A DNA stretch of 64,000 nt, taken from contig NC_087437.1 in NCBI RefSeq assembly GCF_036321535.1, forward strand, positions 33,668,001 through 33,732,000. Reading direction: 5' to 3'. Shown here piece by piece: positions 49,101-63,119 of the stretch (positions are counted from its first letter, which is position 1; every line of letters begins with the position of its first letter). Source of the stretch: Camelus dromedarius (lineage: Eukaryota). The notes beneath the pieces were generated by a model. It was not told the origin of the DNA. It was given only the letters and a program-made list of their open reading frames with translations, and ran no database searches. A program made the position numbers and the translations under genes.

Positions 49101-52100
49101 GGCATTGGAAACCAATTCCTGGTTCTATTGATGACTGGCATGAGTAATTTAACCCCCTAGCCTCAATTTCCTCAGCTCCCAATGAAGGTAATTATTTCCC
49201 CTTTGGTCACCTAATGATATTACTGAGAATCAAATGAGTTCATGAGTGTGTAAGGGTCTGGCAAACTAAAAGCCTTTTAACATTACTTTTCAATCTGTTC
49301 CTCTTGTGAATTAATCCCAAGGGAATTGTCAGCGTGGTGGGGGTGGATGGGTAGGGTGGGCACACATGTCTGATGAGATTGTGTGCTGTGTGCTGATTAA
49401 GTTGTATAATTTTAAGATTTACCACAGAATGTCCTGTTTTAATGGGTGTCCAGGAAACTGGCTGAGCTTTCTTTGCAGGGAACCATGTTTGGTGATAACA
49501 AACATAAACAACAGAGGTAAAACAAAGAAATAAAACCATTTTGCAGATTGAATGTATCATCCTGTACTACAATGAAACTTCCTCCTCTCTAACTTCTACC
49601 ATCCTAACAAACCCTTAAACACTTATGAACTTAAAGTGGTCCTCACAGTAGTAGTATCATGAGATGGCCTAGGAGGAGACGATTGCCCTCATTTGGAGCT
49701 GAGAAAATCTAAGATTCAGAGAGGTGAAATTACTCATGCCTGGTCAGCAGTAGAGCCAGGAATTGGATCTGGGTTTTCTGACTCCCTGTGTGACTCTGTC
49801 AATTTCCTGTGTGTCCCTCTCTAAAACTATTTCAACTTAGTTTCTGAAGGTATGGCGGGAATGGGAAAGAAAAAGAGAAATCAAAACATGGCCATCCCTT
49901 CCCGTGTTTTCAGCCGAATGCACTCCCTGATTTCCTCTGCCCTTAGCTTGCATAGTCATGCCCTGCTTTAATCATCTGTGTAAAGGTGGCCTTACCTGCA
50001 GCTAACCTGATGCCCTTCTGCTTTGCCCAAATGCAAGAAGGGATGGAATTACACTTAAATCAATATTTAATCTAATGTACCTCTCTTGACTCCATTTGTA
50101 AAATGGTGTGTAGATCTTGGATAAGAACATAAGTCCGTGAGCTGAATCAAAGCCATTTCTAAGACAATTCAAGAAGGAGACATGGTAATACATGCAGAAG
50201 AGAGGAACTTTCCTGGGCGAGGGTCAATGTATTGCCTTACCCTCCCCGCCTTTTATTAAAGATATGGAAAAGGGAATCAATAGTGATTTAATTGTGCCCT
50301 GTTGCAAATGAGTCTCAGGATTCCAATAGGACCAAAGGCATTCGCAATAATGAAGAAATATACCCTAATAAGATGAGTAGAAAGTCTTTTCAGTCATGTA
50401 TCATAATACTTCACAGGATATTTTCATTATTTGGAAGAGAAAAGGCCCACGTATGTCATTTTTTCAGATCATAAAATAAGGACTGCTCACATCATGCTAA
50501 ATGAAACTTGAACCCAAATATTTCATTTTTTATGTAGAACCTGGAGTCTGTGGGTACCTTTCAAAGTGTCCCTGAGCCAAACTGATTTGCCAATGCCATT
50601 TAGTGTTCATTTCAAGCTAAAAATGGAACTCTCAGCCTGATCTTTCAGAAACAGGTTGAACTTCAATTTCCCAGTCTGGAAAGTAAATTGTCTGTGGAAT
50701 GGCGATGGTGAGGTGAGTGAGCTTGGAAGATGAAGCAGGAATGAAAGGAGGAAGGAAGGGTGGAGAAGAAGAAGGAAGGAGAAGGCGAGGGGGAGAAGGA
50801 AGAGCATACCTCTAGTGACCTGCAGGAATCAAAGTCTCTTAATAGTAAGCTTTTACATCTTTCTTATCAGCAAGATCAGACTCATTTTTAATTAACAGAT
50901 GTCTAGGTTTCAAGTTCAGTGAATCAGTCTACTTAATTTAAAAGTGTTTTCGCCCTCCCCGTGCTAAATTATTGTCCCACACTCAGGAATATTCTACACA
51001 ACCATGTTTTTGATTGACAGTAAAATCGCAGTAAGAGATTCATACCATAAATTCACAATTAAGTGGCTCTATGAGGCATGTGAAATGAGCAGCATTTCAT
51101 CAGTGAATTCTATTGCCCACATCTAAGGATCAACCAAGTACTACTAACTCCAGATGCCTTTGGAAGCACTTGTTATGTTGATAGAAAACTTTACTTATTT
51201 GCTTCTAAATGCACAGTTCTGACAAGCAATGACACCACTCCTAGCTAGTATTTTTAATATTCCTCTTGGTAACTAGGGCTTTGGAAGTCAAGTCAGATTC
51301 AGGACAAGAAGCACATTTTGATAACACATCTGTTACAAAGCATGAGCTTTGGATTCTGTAGTGGTAAAATGCCCTCTCATCATCTCCTTCAGCTTCCATC
51401 CCCCAAACCTCCTGAAATAGACACATAATCAAGGCAGAAGCATGGTGCTTGCTTTGCAAATGCAGCTTCAAGCCAAGTGGCTTTCTCCCTGTCAACCTGA
51501 TGGCCTCCCCTAAGACCATCCTATATCAAAGTTTTAGAACCTTTATTGAAACAAAATCATTACATTTGAAGACATTCAAAATACTTAACTTTGCCCATTT
51601 AGTGCATTTTATAATGGCTAGGAGGTTTTGAACTACCTTATTATTCATTGTAATAAGCTAAGATTTTGATACAAGCATACAGTGAGGAACACCTTTCTCT
51701 GTCTGCAGGGTAGATGTTCTAGTGCGCATGGGTGATCATTTGTAAGTTAGTGTTTACGCACCCGCAACCCTCTTAACCCTGATGACATTTGTCTGATTAT
51801 GTTAATGGGAAAGAGAGTGTTACACAAAGCCACTGTGGTCAAAATAACAGGAGAGCAGACAGATAAACCACATAAGAATCACAGCCCTTCAACTGCATCC
51901 TCTTTAAGAGCAGACATTTCTGCTGTGATTCTCTGATAATGGTATTTACTTTGTCATTTAGCATTAACGAAACAGTCAATTAGAAAGGCATGAACTATGC
52001 TTTCACTGACCTTCGTCGTAAGTTAGATGATACCACTTTTGTATTTATCTGAAAATATTAAATCAGTATTTTCTTTAAAACTAACTTCCAAGAATTTTTA

Positions 52101-52139
52101 GTTGACATCTGAATCCTTTCACAACAGTTCAAACACTTA

Positions 52140-52415
52140 GTCACCACGTGTTTATTTTCTGAATAATCTGATGCTGTGGAAGATGCAAAGAATAAATAAG
52201 ACTGTTTGCCCTTAGAGAGTTCATAGTCTAGAAGAGAAAAGATGCACAAGGAGAGCCAGGATATAAAGCAGAATGTACTGCAAGGAAGACAAGCAACGCT
52301 CTGTGAGAGCTGAGAAGAGGGTTTGACTGGAGCCTGTCAAGAGGTGGATATCAGAGAAGGCTTGAGGAGCAGGTGGGATTAGGGTGGATACTGAAAAGAG
52401 AGTTAGATTTTGACC
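52140..52415 (-). mobile_element. L2 LINE fragment
   Basis: TGCCCTTAGAGAGTTCATAGTCTAG...ATCAGAGAAGGCTTGAGGAGCAGGTG. Confidence 0.6.
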
Positions 52416-52959
52416 TCCAAATAAATTTACTTCTTTCCCCTTCCAAAAAGGAGAATCCCAGCTTTCATCATCTTTCTGTGAAGATGATTACACAAAGAAG
52501 TGTTCAAGGAAGTGAATCACATGGGCCAAATTGTGTGCAGTAATGTCACCCTAAATGCCTTAACTTCGTTTAGCCATGACAATAAAGCCAAAAAAAAAAT
52601 CTTGAAATATCTCTTATAACAGGTTTGGTTCACTGCCAATGCAAGCGAGGATACAAAAATGCAGAAGGGAAGTTAGTAAAATATTAGATGACAGAAGTTA
52701 AATTGCTAGAATTTAGCTCAGTTTTTTTTTTTTTTTTTTTTATATATAAAACTAAGCTTTTCTCTATGTAACTTTGTAAACCTTGCCACACAGAGCTGGC
52801 TTCTGAATCAAACTGGGAGCAAAAAAAATCACAACTGAGTCCTGTCAGTGTAGGGCCTATGGGTTCGTAGCTGATTTCTCTTCATCTTTTGCTGCTCGTT
52901 CCCATTAGGGACTCCCAACTTGCAGACCTCAGGACAGCCAAAAACATGGGACCAGGAAG

Positions 52960-53415
52960 GGAGCATTCACCTGGGCAAGGAGTCGGAGCTGTGCTTTCAA
53001 CCGGCTGTGTGACCCTGGACAAATCTCTGAGCCTCAGGTTTCTCATTTGCCCAATGCCATGCCTGTCTCACAGGGTTGTTTGAGTTTCCAGTGAGATAAG
53101 TGCTCTGTAAACTGTAACGTGCTGCCTAAATACCAGGAAATAACCTGTGTCAGCACCATTGGTGGAGTTGGTCCCTACCCTAAACAAGAACCCTCCCTTA
53201 CTCTCTTATTTTGTCGTCAAAGCCATTCTTATTGCTGTTGTTTCTTAGCTGTGTGACCTCACAGAAGCTATCAGACCTTTTCAAACCTCATTTTTCTTAT
53301 CTAGAGAGTGGGCATTGTAATTGTGTCTGCCCTGCCTATCTTAGAGGTTCACTATAATAATTAAATATGATAAAGGGATGTGAAAGCAAATTGCAAACTT
53401 AAATCATCCCATAAA
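52960..53415 (+). mobile_element. Two MIR SINE fragments
   Basis: GCTGTGTGACCCTGGACAAATCTCTGAGCCTCAGGTTTCTCATTTG and AGCTGTGTGACCTC...CCTCATTTTTCTTATCT. Confidence 0.7.
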
Positions 53416-53856
53416 TATTCATCGTTCTGCCCATACGGAGGCTCCAAGCCCGCATTCCTAACCCAGACTCCTTGATTGAGTGCCTGATCCTTGCTCCTCT
53501 GGCCAGCTCCCTGGGTGTAGCTTACCACCTGCTCTGACCTTCAAACCTTCAAGCCTCCTGCTCATCTTTCAAGCCTTGCTTACCAGTCTGGTTCTAGCCC
53601 ACGGAGTGCTGATACAGCATGTGCCCCTACTCTGGAGTGTCCCCCTCTATCCTGCCCATCATTTCAGGAATCCTGCTTCAGAATCAAGCTGCTTCTACTC
53701 CATGGTCCTGACCTTGAGCTCAGCCAGGTCACAATATTTTCAGGTCTTGACAATTTCAGGTCTCTTTGCCTCTGGCCTCTAACCCTCTGTTGCTTAGACT
53801 TTCAAAATTCTCAGCTCTTTTCATCTCACTTCATGCATGGAAGGTTCTTAGTGGGC

Positions 53857-54046
53857 AGCGATATCCAACATTGGCTGTACAGCATTTGGGCACCATGGGA
53901 ACCATGTGGGCAACTTGAAAAATAACAATGCCTGAGCCCCACGTCCCAAGATTCCAATACAATAGGTCTGGAGTGCAACTTGAGCATTAGGATTTTTCAG
54001 ATCTACCCATGTGATTCTGATGTGTAGCCAAGGCTGAGCACCACTG
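53857..54046. mobile_element. MER5-like hAT-Charlie element
   Basis: CAGCGATATCCAACATTGGCTG...TAGGTCTGGAGTG...GTGATTCTGATGTGTAGCCAAGGCTGAGCACCACTG. Confidence 0.8.
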
Positions 54047-56414
54047 AGTTGGAAGTTGTTCCCAGACAAGTTGTAACCTGGGTTGGGAGTGAGGGCTGGT
54101 GACAGCCCACCTCTTACCTGCACTGGGTGTGGAGGTCAAAATCTATTACCAAAGGCGAGTTCTAAGAAGCAACATGTTCAGCACTCACCATACCGGTCCT
54201 GGGGCCAAAGCCCAGGGCGACTGACTCAGATGGCAGCTTGGTCCAACTGGGTCACTGGGTTTCAGGTCGCAGAACTCAGTAAACAGAGGGGTGGTGTTGG
54301 CAAGACTACATCTGGATCTCCAGCTGGCATTGCTTATATTCCACCCTGGGTTTGGGAAGAGGGTAGGGCCACCATAGTTAAAGATAATGGAACTGGTTTT
54401 TCCTTCAGGAAACTAGAATACGGTTTTTATGGGTCTAAAAGTCAGCTTTCAGTTTATTTGTATTTGTGCACATCTGTAAGTTTGGATGCACTTTGGACCC
54501 AGGAAGTCTTGGTTTCCCCATGTCCAGAGTCTTTGATAAAGAATCAGAGACAAAGGTGGCAAGAGCCTCAAAGGCCAACTTTTTCATTTTACACATGTGA
54601 AGACTGAGGCCAGGGAGGACGACGGTTTGTCAAAGGTTATACAGCAAGTTGAAGGCAAAGTGCGATTAAGAGCAGAGCTCATCATCGAACAGTGGGCTTG
54701 GAGTTGCTTTGGGTAGCATGTATGCAAACTGTGATGGCAAGAGCTGTGTAGAAAATTCTCTTAAAATAGATTATTTTGTTCATAAAATTTCTGGCTGATG
54801 CAGGTATTTTTTAAATTCTTCCTCCATTTTGAGACTTGAAAGCAAGATACTTTAGTAAGAGTAGGGGCCCAATTGAAGGTACTTAATTTAAAGGGAACAT
54901 AGAAGAGAAAACGAATCTGAGATTTTCCTTGAATTGTTTTTTTTTCAGTTAGCAGGAGGTGGAATTAGTAAGTTTCTATTATCTTTGTTCTGCGGTTTCT
55001 GGTGGTGTGTAATTAGCAGGGTGGGATGCATTTTTCATTTAGAGCCAGGACATCAGTCTAAAGACTCATGTGCTCAGACGCTGACTGCAGCGGATGTTTA
55101 ATATTTCCATGTGGGTGCGTGTCAAAGCCATCGGGGAGCCACCACCAGAAGACCTATCTCCTTGGAGGACTTTGGCTAACCAGGAAGACAGACAAGGCAA
55201 TAATAATAATGCCTGGCATTGCACTTTACAGTTTATAAAACACTATTTAAGGCATTGTTGTAACCATGTCTTAGAAAAGTATACAAGTCAAGCAGGGGTC
55301 ACAAAATAGGTAAAAACGACTCAAGCTATTTTAAGAGAAAAAGAAAAAGACACTATGTGAATGCCCTGTGATTTGGAGATATCCATTTCTTAGGTACCAG
55401 AATTAAAGTTCAGCAAGATCACGTGACTTGTCAAGGTGCCACAAGAGTAATACTAATGAAAGCGATCGATGTTCTTACTTCACACCCAGAGCTTGTTTTA
55501 CTATCACACCCCAGATGCCTCATGGCAAAGAAAGGGGAGCAGGGTTAGGAGTCAGGAGGCCAGAGTTGGCAAGAACAGCACTTAGAAGTAAGTCTGTCAA
55601 CCCCAATTGCAGGACTGGGTGTGGACATCTGGGCTCGTGGGCAGTGAGGTAGGCGGGGGGGGGGGTAGGGCGGACACCTGGGGCTGCAGTCAGCCTTGAT
55701 GGAGGCACAGGTGCCATCATTAATGAGTGTTTCTGGCTTGTCTGTTTGCGAGGTTGTACCTACACTGAGGGGCGTCTAGCTAGCTGAGCAGCTCAGCCAG
55801 CTGAACCAAGTCTGTCTCTGAAATGACCACTCAGATATAGCCTCGACCTTATAAAATAACTTAATGGAATTTTTCACTCTGATCAGATGGTTCAGGACCA
55901 GCTTAGGATGACTGATGGCATTCCTTCGCCGCGCCCTCATCCACCCTCCACTACAGCTTGTTGGACTGGCTAGTGGCAGGATTTGAATGATGTTGCCTTA
56001 CGGTTTGCATCTCTGTTGAACTTGGATGAATATCGTGGGACTTACATAAATTGTTTAACATAAAGCGTCAAAGTATTTTTGTGACTTTTCTCTATGTTGA
56101 GAGAACAGTAAGATAGAATAATGGACTTCATTTTAGAGAAAATCAGATAAATTGATCTTTTCATTTGTATGGATACTGGGAGCTTTCAAAGTCTGAATTG
56201 GAAAGATGAGCCCAAACTCATAACCAACTCACTGCTTTATGCCCCAGAAAAATCTCTGTGGAAAAGTGGTTTTATAGGAAATCTAAACCCGTCTCTCCAT
56301 CCTGTAAAAAGATTGTGATCTTTATTCACAATTAAAGTGATAGGTTTATACGTCAATTAATACAAAGGCTCTAACATAGAAAAATAAACCCTGTGTTTGT
56401 GAAAACAGGACATT

Positions 56415-56640
56415 TCTTTAGTGCAGACTCTGGTGTCTGGCTGCCTAGGTTGGAATTCGACTCTGCCACTTACCTTCTGCATGTCTGTGGTCAAGTTACT
56501 TCACCTCCCTTTGCCTCGGTTTCCTTGTCTGTAAAATGGGAGTTACCTCATAAGGTGGTTCAGAATATTAAGTTAGTTAATTTACATGAAGTGTTAGGGG
56601 GCCTACACATGGTAAATAATCAACAAATTTAGCTTTATTA
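56415..56640 (+). mobile_element. MIR SINE
   Basis: GACTCTGG...CTCTGCCACTTAC...CAAGTTACTTCACCTC...GCCTCGGTTTCCTTGTCTGTAAAATGGG. Confidence 0.9.
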
Positions 56641-59600
56641 TTATTGTTACATTATAATTTCTTCATGCTGGATTATTGTAGTGGTTTCCCTTTTCTAGTT
56701 TCTTCCTTGCTTAAAAAACTCATTTCAATGAATAGCCTATATCATTCCCCTACCCAAAAATTCACATTGAGAAGATCCTGTTACAAAAGAAAGTGGAAGA
56801 CACTTTCACATATTTTATTTTTCACGTGTAATAGGTAACTGAATCAATGTGCTGTGCATGTAGAAACTGTCTAGATTATTGAGGCCAGGGTGGGGGAAGC
56901 GAAGAGGGCAAAAGAGAACGTGAAATTTTAAGAAGATTGTTAATATGTATTCAGAATGAGATTAGTTTGAAAAGGTAACAGACTCCTACTTCATAAAATA
57001 AGTCATTAAATTCTTGACGGGCATTTTTCTACCCAAAACCCCTTGGTCATTCTGACCCAGCCTTGGAAGTATCAAAGAGTAAGAAAGCTGTATGTAGCCA
57101 TTTTGACTATGAGTGTATACTCATAAAAATAAGTATACACTTTTAAAGATCATGATGTCTAATAAAAGGTTTTATAGAAGCACACAACCATATCAGGAAG
57201 GGTTGTTAAAAATAAAATATTGTTGTCTTCCCACAGTATATATTTATCGACCTGAATGTATATAGTTAAAGTGGCAAAATAAAACCCTCAATATGATAAT
57301 GATTTAGGAAGTTTTTAAAGTAAGAATTGCTGCCAGAAATTAAATAAGCTTGTGGATACCACTATTTCCTTGGTCTCTATAAAAAAAATAAATATATTCA
57401 CTTACATACGATATTTTTAGAATAAGAGATGATGAGAAATTCTGGACACGAGTCCTGAAAACCATGCCTGTAATTAGCTCAACTTTCTCATTAGTGAATG
57501 CTGCTTTTTAAAAAGTAGGAGATTGCCGAGAATAATAGCTTATCTAATTGAAGATCATTATAAACAAATTAGACAGTGTTTGTGAATTGTGCTAATGACG
57601 CATGTTAAATGTATGAAGTGATATTCTGGTGCAGAAATACGGTGTCTGTCTTTCACATTTGAAATGATTGTTGTTTTCTATTACATATGTATTGTTCCAT
57701 TTTTTATATGTCTGTCATTTGGGGGATAGGGAAATTGCAAAACTAGTGTTGTGCTTTAGGAGAATTAATCTAGTAAACTAGTATGAATTGGTTGAGTAAG
57801 CAAAGGAAGGTCTTGATGGAAGATCCTTTGATGAAGGGAAGGGTAAAGGCTGTAAAGAGAATGCTAAGTTTTATTAATATTTAATTTAAAATGTCATGCA
57901 CCAGGTGTTGATTCAGCAGAATTTTATCATTAAGGAAAACATGAAATGTCAAAGGGAAAAATCCATTGTTAAAGGATGCTAACAAAAATATATTAAACCT
58001 CAAAACTAGCTTAACAATTAATAAAACTTTTGAGGATGTCTTCTATGTAGGGAATTTAGAGCACGTTATCACGATGCAGAGCTCTGAAGAAATAATACAG
58101 AAGAAATTTAAAGGAAAAATAATGTGAAATTATCATGAATTATCTTCTTGCAAATGTGTCCATCTGTGTGACTCTGTGGCACGGATCCAGTGACGCCCCT
58201 CCCGTCCTCCCCAGTTGTTGTCCTTTCTCAGGAACAGATGGCCAAACCTGCCTCACATGCCTCCCTCTCCTGAAAAAAGTCCGCCTTCTTCCCAGATCAC
58301 ACTCTGGCCCCCAAGTACACTCCCACAAAAATGAGTTCAGCTACACCCTTCCCAAATCAAAAGAGAACTCCAGCCCAGGAGGGCAGTTTCATGGGCTGTG
58401 CTAGGTATCAGAAGGTGTCAGGAGAATGGCCCCTGGGCTTTTGTCTTTTCTGGCTCCTGGAAACAAAGAATAAAGGAGGAATTGGACTTAGCATGGGTGA
58501 TTCTCAAAAGTTATACATTTAGTTCAGCCTCATAACAGTAACAGATGAGTTGACTTAAAAAAAAAAGTTAATAGTTTGGGATGGTTGTAATAGCTCCTTG
58601 TAATAGGTGGTAAAAGAGTTTTGTGGATTGAAGCCAAACTTACCTTCAGTGGAAAAGCACATGAAAGTAATTGCTCAGAGAACTTCTACACCAAAGAACA
58701 GTTCATGACATTTTAACACGATAACTGATGGTGAAATGCCATTTGAGAATTAATCTTTAATCCATAAGGGCTAGAAAGATGAGAGAGAGAAAAGGAAAAC
58801 TTCTTTTATCTGGTTTTGGAATGAAAAACCAAAATCCTGGGGGAGCTACAGTTTCCCTGGAAGTGCAGGCACTTCCCTGAGAATGTGCTCTGATGAAAAG
58901 AGAGCTTTTTAAAAGATGCGCTTTAACATACATCCTCATGTGTACTTCTGTGTTTTTACTGAATACCTTTATGCTATTTCTGTTAGCATATTATTCATCA
59001 TTGTTTTAAAATTTGGCATCTAAAATTATCCATATATTTGACAATTCAAAGAGGATAATTGTAAGTTTCTCTTCTCTTCTTTTTTTATTATGCAAAATGT
59101 AATGAAGGCACGTTTTCTATTTCTGCAAACACGGTATCAATCATTTTTGCTGTTCCTGCATATTTTGCTCCCACCTTTAAAGGCTGCTGTCCCAGGTGCT
59201 TTGTCTCCAGGGCCCAGTGATGGTTTTATAATGCTGGGATCAAAGCTCAGTGATTTAACTGCAGCCATTTTAAGGTTATGGCCCAGAAAATACTAATCAA
59301 AAAAGTTAATAAAATGAATAAAATGGAAATTGAGAGGAGCATTTCTTAGTCTTGCTCTTCGAGGCTTCCTGCTTAAAATGCTAATCAGTGTTTATTCATT
59401 TGACAAACATCACCAAGTACCCACTATAGGGCTGGAGGTAAGAGATATGAATAACATAGTCCTTGCCTAAAAAGTTTACACACAACTAAGTACAGTAGGT
59501 TGACATTTCAACAAGTTATTATAGCTCTATGTGAAAAGTGCTATATAACAAGAAAAAGAGACAAAGCTGTAGCAAATAAGAATATTTCAATACAAATGAA

Positions 59601-59763
59601 AGTAAAATTCAGGGTGTCCCAAATAGCAAAGCTAATTTATCAGCTTACATAACTAAAACAGATATTTCTGATCCAGGATGAGAATGGATCTAGCAGCTCA
59701 AAGTATGACAAAGGTCCTGGCTTCTCTTTATCTTTCTGCTCTGCCTTCTACAGTGCAGGTAAT

Positions 59764-60141
59764 CTTATGGGCTTTATTGTGTCTCCCCAAAATTCATATT
59801 TTGAAGTCCTAACCCCCAATGCCTAGGATGTGGACTGTATTGGAGATAGAGTCTTTAAAGATGGGATTAAGTTAAAATAAGTCATATGGATGACTCTCCC
59901 ATCTCACTGGTGTCCTTATAAGAAGAGAAGATTAGGACACACACACGTAGAGAGGGAAAGTCATGTGAAGGTGCAGGGAGAAGACAGCCACCTACAAGTC
60001 AAAGACAGAGGCCTCAGAAGGAATCAACTCTGCTAATACCTTGATCTCATATTTCTAGCCTCCAGATTATGATAAAGTAGGTTTTTGTAGTTTAAACCAC
60101 CAGTCGGTGCTTAGTTATGGCTACCCTAGCAAACTAATACA
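59764..60141 (+). mobile_element. MLT1A/B-type MaLR solo LTR, nested in an older MLT1 (~59560-60400)
   Basis: TTATGGGCTTTATTGTGTCTCCCCAAAATTCATATTTTGAAGTCCTAACCCCCA...TTATGGCTACCCTAGCAAACTAATACA. Confidence 0.9.
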
Positions 60142-60669
60142 AGATACCATTACAAGCTCCACTGTGGTTTCCCCATCAGCTCCTGGCACCATTGTTAGGG
60201 CTACAAAATACCATCAGCAGTTGCAGATTTTACAGCTTCTCAAGACGTCATCCAGGTACAGCAAAAGGAGGTGTCTAACAGCTCTCCACAAGGTTAGGAT
60301 TCTTACTCTCCTGTTCCTTTGTCTGACAGTGGCTGTGCTTGGGAATGGGATCCATGGATTGGCTTAAGCCAACCAGAACCCACTCTGAGTGGGTCATATC
60401 CATCCAAACCACATAAGGTTAAGTCCCCAAAGGAAAATCAAGATACATTAGTGAGATACAGATATGGAGATAACCAACAAATTTTCAAAGAAAGGGATCA
60501 AATAACTCCACCTGGGAAAGCTGAGCAAAAGCAGCCTCAAGGGGGATTAGGATGGATTGTGGAGAATTAATAGATGTTCACCTGGTAGAGAAGAACTCAA
60601 AGGACAGTCCAGACAAAGGAAACAGTTCATGCAAGGTAACAGAGGGCACAAAAGTCCTGTTGTATTTGG

Positions 60670-60780
60670 TAGGGTGATTAATTTGTCCCAGTTTGCCCAA
60701 GACTACAGCTATTTCAGAACAGAAGTCCCACATCCCAGGACCCCCTCAGTCCTGGAAAAACTGAGATGGTTGGTCACTAC
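60670..60780. mobile_element. MER81-like hAT-Blackjack MITE
   Basis: TAGGGTGATTAATTTGTCCCAGTTTGCCCAAGAC...GTCCTGGAAAAACTGAGATGGTTGGTCAC (inverted termini). Confidence 0.75.
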
Positions 60781-62334
60781 ATTTGGGGAGTTATGAGCAA
60801 GGTTTATGGGGCAAAGTGTCTGGAGATTAGATTGGGAAGTTTGGCTGAGACTAATTGGGAAGGGTTTTTCATGCACACTAGTCTGGACTAGAGAGAAAAT
60901 CTGTAGCGTTCTTCTGCCATGTTGTAAAAGTAACTTGCAGGACATTATTCCACAGAGCGTGAAGGGACTCCGTGTTAATAACATGAATTTCATGGACATT
61001 TTGTAATTTGACCGATTTTAGGAAGTTCATGGAACTTGAGGGCTATATAGCATCTGGGAACAGCAGAGTTCCAGGCCAACAATTCTGACTCGGAGGCACT
61101 GATCCCTGGCGTCAAAGGTCAGCACTCTGCTGGGCACATCATGAGGGTCCATAAATACTACTTGATTCTTGGTCAGCAAACTTACCTTCATAACTGGAAT
61201 TCCCTCTTTGCCTTCAACCACTCAATCTGTGTACCTGTCTCTTAAAACTGTCTCTCTCTTTCTCTGACTTCTTCATGTCTTCATTTCCAGTTACCCACCT
61301 GTGGACTCAGACTCATTATATCAGCCACTAACTGCTCTTCTTCCCTCCACTATGGCCTCTTTTGCCCACGGCTTCACCTCTGCTGAGAATGCTACCGTTC
61401 TCCCGGTCGCCCAAGCCCACCCTATGGAATACATTGCAGCCACTGAAAAGAAAGAGCTTGAATAAAAAAGTAGCAAGTAGTGGATATTTAGAAGGATTCC
61501 ATATTCATAAAAATAACATATATATATTGGGAAAGTGTCCAGAAATATATATACACCAAGCTCTTAAGCTAATAATTTGAAGATTCTGATGGGAAATTGG
61601 GGGGGGGGGTCCTTTTACTTTATATTTTACTAGGATTTTATTTTAATCCTTTTATTAACCCTTTGATTTTCTGTTGTTTAAATATTTATAGAAAAAGCGT
61701 ATCTAACTATTTTCCAAATAAAGATCACAGACGGTCGTTGTATGCAGATCAACATAAAGAGCAATAAAAAACCATGTGAAGTTTCAGCACCAGCGGTACC
61801 ACTGTTAGCAGGGCACTCTGGGAAGCAGCCTGCCAGCCGTCCCCGGGCCCCTGGGGCGATGCAGACGCACAGCCTGCAGCCTGGGGCGCACAGCCTGGCC
61901 TGCCGCCCTCCCCGTCTGATACCCGCAGTGTTGCAAAGCCCTCCTGCCACTCGTGCATCTGCAGGGTCCCTGGACCCTGTCCCTCTCCTTTTCCACTGCC
62001 ATCACCCTTGTTGAGCGCTCAGTAACTCACCCCTGCTCTGCAGCCACACCCTCCTAATGGCTCATTCCTTCCCTCTTTCCCTCCTTGCATCCAGTCTCCC
62101 CACAGCCTCCAGATTACCCGTTCTAAAACCTGGCTCTGATTCTGTTACTGCCTTCAGGGACTCTCCAACACATAAAAGAAATGCCAAACTCCACGATATG
62201 GACTGAAAGTAAACTTTTCATTGTTCCCTTGGGAGCTTTTCTTCCCCTCAACTCTACCTCATATTGTTTTCTCTGAGAGGAATACCATCTCACTCAGACA
62301 TTTCCCACCCATTAAAATTCCCCTCCTCCACATC

Positions 62335-62560
62335 CTTGCACAAGTGTGAGAAAATGTTTCCACAAGGATGTTCATTGTAGTCAAGTCTATGATAAGGAAA
62401 ATTAAAGCCAACTCTAATGTCCACCAATGAGGGGCTGATTTAGTAAATTATAGTCCATGCGGTTTTTCAGTGGAATACTGTTCTGCTGTTAAAATGATAT
62501 AGATATCATTTTATTATACAGACATAGGGAAAAGTCTACAGAATATTATCAGTCAAGAAA
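62335..62560 (+). mobile_element. Old L1M remnant
   Basis: CACAAGGATGTTCATTGTAG...AATGTCCACCAATGAGGGG...GTGGAATACTGTTCTGCTGTTAAAA. Confidence 0.7.
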
Positions 62561-62694
62561 GTAGGTTATATACCAGTTTATAAATGCTTTTTCAGAGGTA
62601 AACAGAGGTAAACTAGGTGGTTGAACCTGTACTTTCTTCCTAGTACTTTTCTACTTAATTTGAATTTTTATAAATACAACCACAGTTACAGAAG

Positions 62695-62930
62695 TTACCA
62701 TTTGTTGAGGGTTATTTGCCAGGCACTGCGCCTGGTGTTTTACATAGAATAATTCATTTAGTTCTTACATCCGACCTTTGAGGAGATTATCATCATCGCC
62801 GTATTATAAAAGAGTAAAGTGAGGGTTGTGGGGTGAAGAGATAGTCCCAGGGTCACACCGCTAATCACAAACAGAGTTAGAATTCAAACCTCTGTGTTTC
62901 TGACTCCAAAGACCATACTTACAAGTCATG
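62695..62930 (-). mobile_element. MIR SINE
   Basis: GCCAGGCACTGCGC...GGTCACACCGCTA...GAATTCAAACC...CTGACTCCAAAG. Confidence 0.75.
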
Positions 62931-63119
62931 TTATATTACAATGAGGTATCATTTTTACAGAAAGAATAACGCTACTAAAATACATTTTTGCATTCTTATA
63001 AGTTCACACTCAATTGCTTTCTTCCTCAAAATCTTCTCTTGTCCCCATATCCAGAAGCATGATGTGGTAGGAAGATGAGAATAGAGTGAGAGACATATCA
63101 GATACCTATAGAATAGTTT

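Noticed and set aside
50735..50810. Purine-rich GGAA/GAA tract and its Leu/Phe-rich ORF
   Set aside because: Low-complexity simple repeat.
54083..54607. Longest ORF (174 aa)
   Set aside because: Non-ATG start, no recognisable domain, no splice context, and its 3' end runs into a MIR.
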